Assembly: GCA_045807245.1 (NCBI GenBank)
Contig: JBJMHS010000058.1
Span: 1-61,734 of the forward strand
Reading direction: 5' to 3'
Source of the DNA: Actinomycetales bacterium
Lineage (GTDB): Bacteria; Actinomycetota; Actinomycetes; Actinomycetales; CAVURS01
Length of the DNA stretch: 61,734 nucleotides
In this document: positions 56,292 to 61,734 of the stretch, one piece after another
Layout: each line of letters opens with the position of its first letter
Position numbering within the stretch: the stretch's first letter is position 1
Program-made: the position numbers and the translations under genes
The notes under the pieces: model-generated
Databases searched by the model: none
What the model was told of the DNA's origin: nothing
Seen by the model: the letters and a program-made list of their open reading frames with translations, nothing else

Positions 56292-56332
56292 CCGGACGCC
56301 GGGCGCGGTCGGTCGGCGTTGGAGGTGGCAGC

Positions 56333-57094
56333 GTGACGGCGCCGCTCTTCCTGGTCGAGCCGGGGACGCTCGACGGCGTCGTCCCGGGGGACGAGGTGCC
56401 GCTGGGCGGCGCCGAGGGGCGGCACGCCGTACAGGTCCGCCGGGTTCGTCCCGGTGAGCGGGTCGACCTGGCCGACGGGGCCGGTGTGCGGGTCGAAGCC
56501 GTCGTACGGCGGGTGCTCACCGACGGAGGGAAGCCCGGACCGGCCGTGGTCGTCGAGGTCGTGGCCCGGGTCGAGGAGGCGGCGCCCTCGCCGCGCCTCG
56601 TGCTCGTGCAGGCCCTGGCCAAAGGGGACCGTGACGTCACGGCTGTCGAGACCGCGACCGAGCTGGGTGTCGACCGGTTGGTGCCTTGGCAGGCGGCGCG
56701 GTCGGTCGTCGTGTGGCGCGGTGAGCGAGCGGCCAAGGCCCAGAAACGTTGGGCGGCAGCGGCTTTCGCCGCCACCAAGCAGTCGCGCCGCGCGCGCATA
56801 CCGGAGGTTTCCGACCTGGTGACGACGGCCGGCCTGTGCGACCTGGTCGCTGCCGCAGGGCTGGCCGTGGTCCTGCACGAGCGGGCCGAGCGACCGCTCA
56901 CCGCGGTCCAGCTGCCGGCCGCGGGTGACGTGCTGGTCGTGGTCGGGCCCGAGGGCGGTGTCGCGGACGACGAGCTCGACCAGCTGGTCGCGGCGGGCGC
57001 CGTCGCGGTGCGGTTGGGCCCGGGCGTGCTGCGCTCGTCCTCGGCCGGGCCGGCCGCGTTGGCCGTCCTCAGTGCGCGGTCCCGCTGGACCTGA
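56333..57094 (+). CDS. rsmE: 16S rRNA m3U1498 methyltransferase
   Basis: HAVQVRR, ATELGV, KQSRR, VGPEGG and LGPGVLR motifs. Confidence 0.93.
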   Translation: MTAPLFLVEPGTLDGVVPGDEVPLGGAEGRHAVQVRRVRPGERVDLADGAGVRVEAVVRRVLTDGGKPGPAVVVEVVARVEEAAPSPRLVLVQALAKGDRDVTAVETATELGVDRLVPWQAARSVVVWRGERAAKAQKRWAAAAFAATKQSRRARIPEVSDLVTTAGLCDLVAAAGLAVVLHERAERPLTAVQLPAAGDVLVVVGPEGGVADDELDQLVAAGAVAVRLGPGVLRSSSAGPAALAVLSARSRWT

Positions 57095-57116
57095 CGCGCC
57101 CGCTGGACCTGACGCG
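57081..57116 (+). repeat. 18-bp perfect tandem duplication spanning the rsmE stop
   Basis: CCCGCTGGACCTGACGCG twice. Confidence 0.9.
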
Positions 57117-57124
57117 CTGTGTCG

Positions 57125-58210
57125 TCACCGCACGGTGAACGTCGTCGTGTCCAGGCCCTGGTACGTCGTGCCGTCCTTCGGGCTCAGCTCGAACGCCCGG
57201 AAGGTGTAGCTCCCGGGCGGCAGGCCCTTCAGGGTGACTGACCAGCTAGAGCGGACCGGGCACGCCTGAGCCGCGGTGGTGTGCCCGGACCGGGCCACGG
57301 TGGCTCCGCTGACGACCTGCCAGGCCACGTTGGCCTCGAACGTGCAGGCCTGACCGCACAGGACCACCGGCCCGCGCACGGTGCTGCCCGGCTCGGGCTG
57401 CAGGATCCAGATCGCCGCGAGGTCGAGATAGGACTGGTTGATGGGCGGTCGGCGGAAGGTGGTGTCGACGGGCAGGACGCCGAAGAGCTTGCCCGGGCCA
57501 CCCGAGAACCGGATCTGCAGGCCGAGGCGCGCGTCCTGGGCCACCGCCGTGGCGGTCCACACCAGCTGCTGGGCGGCCAGCCGCGCCTGCTCGCGAGTCG
57601 CACCGCGACGGGACGTCTCCGAGACGGGCAGGGTCACCACGACCGTGTCGTTGCCGGCCATCGCCACCTGCAAGGACCGGCTGGTCCCGACCAGCCACGG
57701 CGAGTACTCGAGGTCGACGCGCCGCGGAGACCTCGGGTCCGTCGCCACCTTGAGCGCGTCGCTGATGTGCGTCGCGACGGATCCGGGCGTGGCGGGCAGC
57801 GGGTGGAACTCGCGGTAGAGCCCGGACGCGCTCCGCCCGGGGTAGTAGATGGGCGCAGCCCACGTCCCGCTCGTGCCGGTCGGGCTGGCCGACGGCGAAC
57901 TCGCCGACGCAGAGGTCGGCGGTGTGGTCGGTGTGGGCGAGGCCGCTGCCGGGGGCCGGGGGCCGGTGCTGTCCCGGTCGACGAGCGCCCACGTCCCTCC
58001 GCCGACGACCAGGACGGCGGCGACGGCGGCCGCGACCGGGCCCCAGGACGGTCGGCGCGACGCTCCCGCCGTACGGATCTCGGCCAGACGGTCGGTCGGC
58101 TCGATCCGGGCCGCCTCGGTCGACAGCACGTCCGCGAGCAGCAACGCGACTTCGTCGTGCGCGGGGTCGGGCAGCGGCTGGATGCTGGTCGGCTCGTCGG
58201 GTCCGCTCAT
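57125..58210 (-). CDS. Single-TM GerMN/Gmad2 Ig-like protein, probable anti-sigma factor
   Basis: TM, Pro/Ser linker, LYREF, QQLVWT and GQACTFEANV; coupled to the ECF sigma gene. Confidence 0.72.
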   Translation of the reverse strand: MSGPDEPTSIQPLPDPAHDEVALLLADVLSTEAARIEPTDRLAEIRTAGASRRPSWGPVAAAVAAVLVVGGGTWALVDRDSTGPRPPAAASPTPTTPPTSASASSPSASPTGTSGTWAAPIYYPGRSASGLYREFHPLPATPGSVATHISDALKVATDPRSPRRVDLEYSPWLVGTSRSLQVAMAGNDTVVVTLPVSETSRRGATREQARLAAQQLVWTATAVAQDARLGLQIRFSGGPGKLFGVLPVDTTFRRPPINQSYLDLAAIWILQPEPGSTVRGPVVLCGQACTFEANVAWQVVSGATVARSGHTTAAQACPVRSSWSVTLKGLPPGSYTFRAFELSPKDGTTYQGLDTTTFTVR

Positions 58211-58806
58211 GGCAGGTCCTCCTGCTGCGCGCGGACCGTGAGCCGGCCGCGCAGGGTCGAGATGCCGCGCGAGGCGTGGCTCTTCACCGCGCCACGGCTG
58301 ATGCCGAGGGTCTCGGCGATGTCGGCCTCCGAGAGGTCGAGGTAGTAGCGGAGCACGAGCACCTCACGTTGGCGGACGGGGAGCTGGGCGAGGACGGTCA
58401 TGACCTCGTCCCGGTTGTGGGACGCGATAGCGAAGGACTCGGCGCTGTCGACGTACCGGTCGACGTCGGAGCCTTGCGAGGCGGCGTAGCGTTCGCGGAC
58501 GCCACGCTTGCGCAACGCGCTGCGTGACCCGTTCACCGTCGCCGTGCGCAGGTAGGCGACCGCTGCGTGCGGTGAGCGCAGGGAGGCCCAGCGACGGTAG
58601 GTCGAGACGAAAGCCTCCTGGACGACGTCCTCGGCCACCTGCTGGTCGTGCAGCAGCAGCCAGGCCAGGCGCACCAGCCCCCGCCAGTGCGCGGCGTACA
58701 GCTGTGCGACGGCCTGGTCCGGTGTCCAGACGGCGGAGTCGGCGCCCGGCTCGGCGCCCCACTCGTCGGTCGGGCCGTCGATCGTGCCCACGGCGTACGG
58801 TCTCAC
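58207..58806 (-). CDS. SigE-family ECF sigma factor
   Basis: AEDVVQEAF and LPVRQREVLVLRYYLDLSEADIAETLGISRGAVKS. Confidence 0.92.
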   Translation of the reverse strand: MRPYAVGTIDGPTDEWGAEPGADSAVWTPDQAVAQLYAAHWRGLVRLAWLLLHDQQVAEDVVQEAFVSTYRRWASLRSPHAAVAYLRTATVNGSRSALRKRGVRERYAASQGSDVDRYVDSAESFAIASHNRDEVMTVLAQLPVRQREVLVLRYYLDLSEADIAETLGISRGAVKSHASRGISTLRGRLTVRAQQEDLP

Positions 58807-58813
58807 GCTCCAG

Positions 58814-58840
58814 AGACGCGCAACGGGACGTCGCGGTTGA
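58814..58840 (-). promoter_or_regulatory. Probable autoregulatory ECF promoter
   Basis: TCAAC-N17-CGTCT shortly upstream of GTG 58806. Confidence 0.55.
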
Positions 58841-58871
58841 CCGGCCGCCGTGACCTCGTAGGGTCGGGCCC

Positions 58872-59249
58872 GTGAGCGACGCGACCGAGATCAGCGAGAT
58901 CGACGTGTCCGACCCGGACTGCCTGTTCTGTCGGGTGGTCTCCGGTCAGGTCGCCGCCGAGATCGTGGCCGAAGGCGAGCACGTCATCGCGTTCCGGGAC
59001 GTCAACCCGGTGGCCCCGCTGCACGTCCTCGTCATCCCGCGCGAGCATCATCCGGACATCGGTGCGCTGGCCGCGGCCGAGCCCGAGTCGCTCGTCGAGC
59101 TGGTCCGGCTCGCCGGCCGGATCGCCCAGGAGCAGAGCGGGGGCGAGTTCCGCCTGGTCGCGAACACCGGCGCGGCGGCCGGCCAGTCGGTCTTCCACGC
59201 GCACGGGCACGTGCTGGGCGGCCGGGCGATGACCTGGCCACCGGGCTGA
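58872..59249 (+). CDS. HIT family protein
   Basis: CLFC, AFRD..P.AP.HVLVIP and HAHGH triad. Confidence 0.93.
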   Translation: MSDATEISEIDVSDPDCLFCRVVSGQVAAEIVAEGEHVIAFRDVNPVAPLHVLVIPREHHPDIGALAAAEPESLVELVRLAGRIAQEQSGGEFRLVANTGAAAGQSVFHAHGHVLGGRAMTWPPG

Positions 59250-59349
59250 CCTGTCACCCGTCGGCCGGGCTGAGCAGGACGAGCGCCCGCTGCGCTGGGA
59301 TCCGAGAGCGGGCCGGGGCCCTCCGGGGCCGTTACCCTTGGACCTGACC

Positions 59350-60453
59350 ATGGCAGACCTCACCACGCCGCAGCCCGGGCCGGACGACGGGCCGCTCACA
59401 TCGTCACCCGAGCTCCCGCCTGCGCCGGAGCCGGCCGCACACACCATCGTCATCCCACCGACCGTGGCGATGGTGACCCTGCTGGGCCCGCGCGACGAGC
59501 TGCTGCGGACGATCGAGCGCGCGTTTCCCAAGCTCGAGATCCGGGTGCGGGGCAACGAGGTGACGTTGGTCGGGCCGGGTGGGGAGATCGCGCTGCTCGA
59601 GCGGCTCATCGACGAGCTGCTGGCCGTCCTCGGCACCGGTCAACCGCTGTCGGCCGACGCCGTGGAGCGCTCGATCGGCATGCTGCGCTCGCAGACGACG
59701 GAGCGCCCGGCCGACGTCCTGACCCTCAACATCCTGTCCAACCGCGGCCGGACCATCCGGCCGAAGACGCTGAACCAGAAGCGGTACGTCGACGCGATCG
59801 ACGCGAACACGATCGTGTTCGGGATCGGGCCGGCCGGCACAGGCAAGACGTACCTGGCGATGGCCAAGGCCGTGCAGGCGTTGCAGGCCAAGGCCGTGAA
59901 CCGCATCATCCTGACCCGGCCCGCGGTCGAGGCGGGCGAGCGACTGGGGTTCCTGCCCGGATCGCTGACCGAGAAGATCGACCCGTACCTGCGGCCGCTG
60001 TACGACGCGCTGCACGACATGATCGACCCCGAGTCGATTCCACGCCTGATGGCGGCCGGCACCATCGAGGTCGCGCCGCTGGCGTACATGCGCGGCCGCT
60101 CGCTCAACGACGCGTTCATCATCCTGGACGAGGCGCAGAACACCTCGCCGGAGCAGATGAAGATGTTCCTGACCCGGCTCGGCTTCGCCTCGAAGATGGT
60201 GGTCACGGGCGACGTCACGCAGATCGACCTGCCCGACGGGATGGAGTCGGGGCTGAAGATCGTGCAGCGGATCCTTGACGGCGTGGACGACGTCCACTTC
60301 TCGCTCCTGACCAGCCACGACGTGGTCCGGCACCGTCTGGTGAGCGCGATCGTGGACGCCTACGGCCGGTTCGACGCCCAACAGCAACAACCCTCCGTTG
60401 CGGGCCGCCAGGTCGGAGGCCGCCCTCGGGGTGGCCGGAGCAGCCGTCGCTGA
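59350..60453 (+). CDS. phoH: PhoH family ATPase
   Basis: [27 protein letters not shown] and VVRH motifs. Confidence 0.93.
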   Translation: MADLTTPQPGPDDGPLTSSPELPPAPEPAAHTIVIPPTVAMVTLLGPRDELLRTIERAFPKLEIRVRGNEVTLVGPGGEIALLERLIDELLAVLGTGQPLSADAVERSIGMLRSQTTERPADVLTLNILSNRGRTIRPKTLNQKRYVDAIDANTIVFGIGPAGTGKTYLAMAKAVQALQAKAVNRIILTRPAVEAGERLGFLPGSLTEKIDPYLRPLYDALHDMIDPESIPRLMAAGTIEVAPLAYMRGRSLNDAFIILDEAQNTSPEQMKMFLTRLGFASKMVVTGDVTQIDLPDGMESGLKIVQRILDGVDDVHFSLLTSHDVVRHRLVSAIVDAYGRFDAQQQQPSVAGRQVGGRPRGGRSSRR

Positions 60454-60463
60454 CGGCGGGTCC

Positions 60464-60925
60464 ATGAGCATCGAGGTCAACAACGAGACGGACGCCCGCG
60501 TGGACGAGCGCGAGCTCGTCGACCTGGCGCGCCACGTGCTGGGCCGGCTCAAGGTGCACCCGCAGGCCGAGCTGTCGGTGATCCTCGTCGACGAGGTCGC
60601 CATGGAGCGGCTGCACATGCAGTGGATGGACCTGCCGGGCCCCACCGACGTGATGAGCTTCCCGATGGACGAGCTGCGGCCGGGGACCGAAGACCGTGAG
60701 CCGGAGCCGGGCCTGCTGGGCGACATCGTGCTGTGCCCCAGCGTCGCCGAACGGCAGGCCCGCGACGCCGGCCACGCCACGGAGGAGGAGCTCCTGCTCC
60801 TCACCACGCACGGCATCCTGCACCTGCTCGGCTACGACCACGCCGAGCCGGAGGAGGAGCGGGAGATGTTCGAGCTCCAGCGCAACCTGCTCCTCACCTT
60901 CCTGGCGGAGCGCGGGAAGGGCTGA
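60464..60925 (+). CDS. ybeY: rRNA maturation endoribonuclease YbeY
   Basis: PTDVMSF and [11 protein letters not shown] motifs. Confidence 0.96.
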   Translation: MSIEVNNETDARVDERELVDLARHVLGRLKVHPQAELSVILVDEVAMERLHMQWMDLPGPTDVMSFPMDELRPGTEDREPEPGLLGDIVLCPSVAERQARDAGHATEEELLLLTTHGILHLLGYDHAEPEEEREMFELQRNLLLTFLAERGKG

Positions 60926-60927
60926 CC

Positions 60928-61734
60928 GTGGTCGACGCCGGACCTCGCGTGCTCCTCGTCGTACTCGCCGTCGTCCTGATCGGGCTCGGTGGCTTCCTCG
61001 CGGCGGCCGAGGCTGCCGTGTCGAGAGTCTCCCGGGTGCGGGTGGCCGAGCTGGTGGACGAGCGGCGGCTGGGCTCACGCTCGCTCTTGCTGGTGGTCGC
61101 CGACACCCCGCCGTACCTGTCGGTCGCGACCTTCCTGCGCGTCGTGAGCGAGTCGGCCGCGGCCGTGATGATCACCATCGTCTGTGCGGGCTGGCTGCAC
61201 GCCTGGTGGTCGGTCCTGCTCGTCGCCGGTGGCGTGATGGCCGTGCTGTCGTTCGTCCTCGGTGGGGTGAGCCCGAGAACGGTGGGTCGGCAGCACTCGG
61301 TCGTCGTGTCACTCATCGCGGCGCCGCTGCTCGTGTGGCTGTCCCGGCTGCTCGGCCCGGTCGCGCATCTGCTGGTCGCCCTCGGCAACGCCGTCACGCC
61401 CGGGCGAGGGTTCCGGGACGGTCCGTTCGCATCCGAGTCCGAGCTGCGTGACCTGGTCGACCTGGCCGGTGAGAACGCGCTGATCGAGGCCAGCGAGCGG
61501 GAGATGATCCACTCGGTGTTCGAGCTCGGCGACACTGTGGTGCGCGAGGTAATGGTGCCGCGCACCGACATGATCGTCATCGAACGGGGCAAGGTGCTGC
61601 GGCAGGGACTCTCGCTGTTCCTGCGCTCCGGGTTCTCCCGCGTGCCAGTGGTGGGCGACGGTCCGGACGACGTACTGGGTGTGCTGTACATGAAGGATGT
61701 CTCACGACGGTTGAACGCGGATCCGGCTGCCGCG
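60928..61734 (+). CDS. Hemolysin family CNNM/CBS protein (3'-truncated by window; missing from ORF track)
   Basis: GFLAAAEAA, TM helices, VREVMVPRTDM and SGFSRVPV; follows ybeY. Confidence 0.9.
   Translation, partial: MVDAGPRVLLVVLAVVLIGLGGFLAAAEAAVSRVSRVRVAELVDERRLGSRSLLLVVADTPPYLSVATFLRVVSESAAAVMITIVCAGWLHAWWSVLLVAGGVMAVLSFVLGGVSPRTVGRQHSVVVSLIAAPLLVWLSRLLGPVAHLLVALGNAVTPGRGFRDGPFASESELRDLVDLAGENALIEASEREMIHSVFELGDTVVREVMVPRTDMIVIERGKVLRQGLSLFLRSGFSRVPVVGDGPDDVLGVLYMKDVSRRLNADPAAA

Overview
Core chromosomal segment of a high-GC actinomycete (gene order suggests a Micrococcales/Kineosporiales-type organism; inference). Backbone: clpX (3' part), valS divergent from a T-box-controlled ileS, folC, ndk, TIGR03960/TIGR03936 radical SAM pair, rne, rplU, rpmA, obgE, proB, proA, nadD, rsfS, tRNA-Ala(GGC), leuS, DegV, comEA, comEC, holA, rpsT, lepA, hemW, CIRCE-hrcA-dnaJ, rsmE, HIT, phoH, ybeY and a partial hemolysin/CBS gene. 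No integrase, transposase, prophage or CRISPR was seen. The notable signals are small and mostly absent from the ORF track: (1) a self-contained mini transcription unit encoding a 19-aa Arg-rich peptide (MSTAQRFERIRTVTRERIR) just upstream of comEA-comEC; (2) a lower-GC XRE-HTH + DUF6036-like nucleotidyltransferase cassette that splits the radical SAM pair, with a perfect operator palindrome and a single in-frame amber codon; (3) matching sigma28/WhiG-like promoters before both c-di-GMP enzymes; (4) PafBC-type (RecA-NDp) promoter motifs before comEA and before a uORF-coupled PAP2 gene; (5) two REP-like palindromes with shared architecture flanking the GGDEF-EAL gene; (6) a frameshifted transglutaminase remnant; (7) secreted accessory proteins (a Tat PHP hydrolase, an LPxTG Ig-like repeat protein and a Tat deacetylase). 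All family assignments come from reading motifs by eye; no database search was run.
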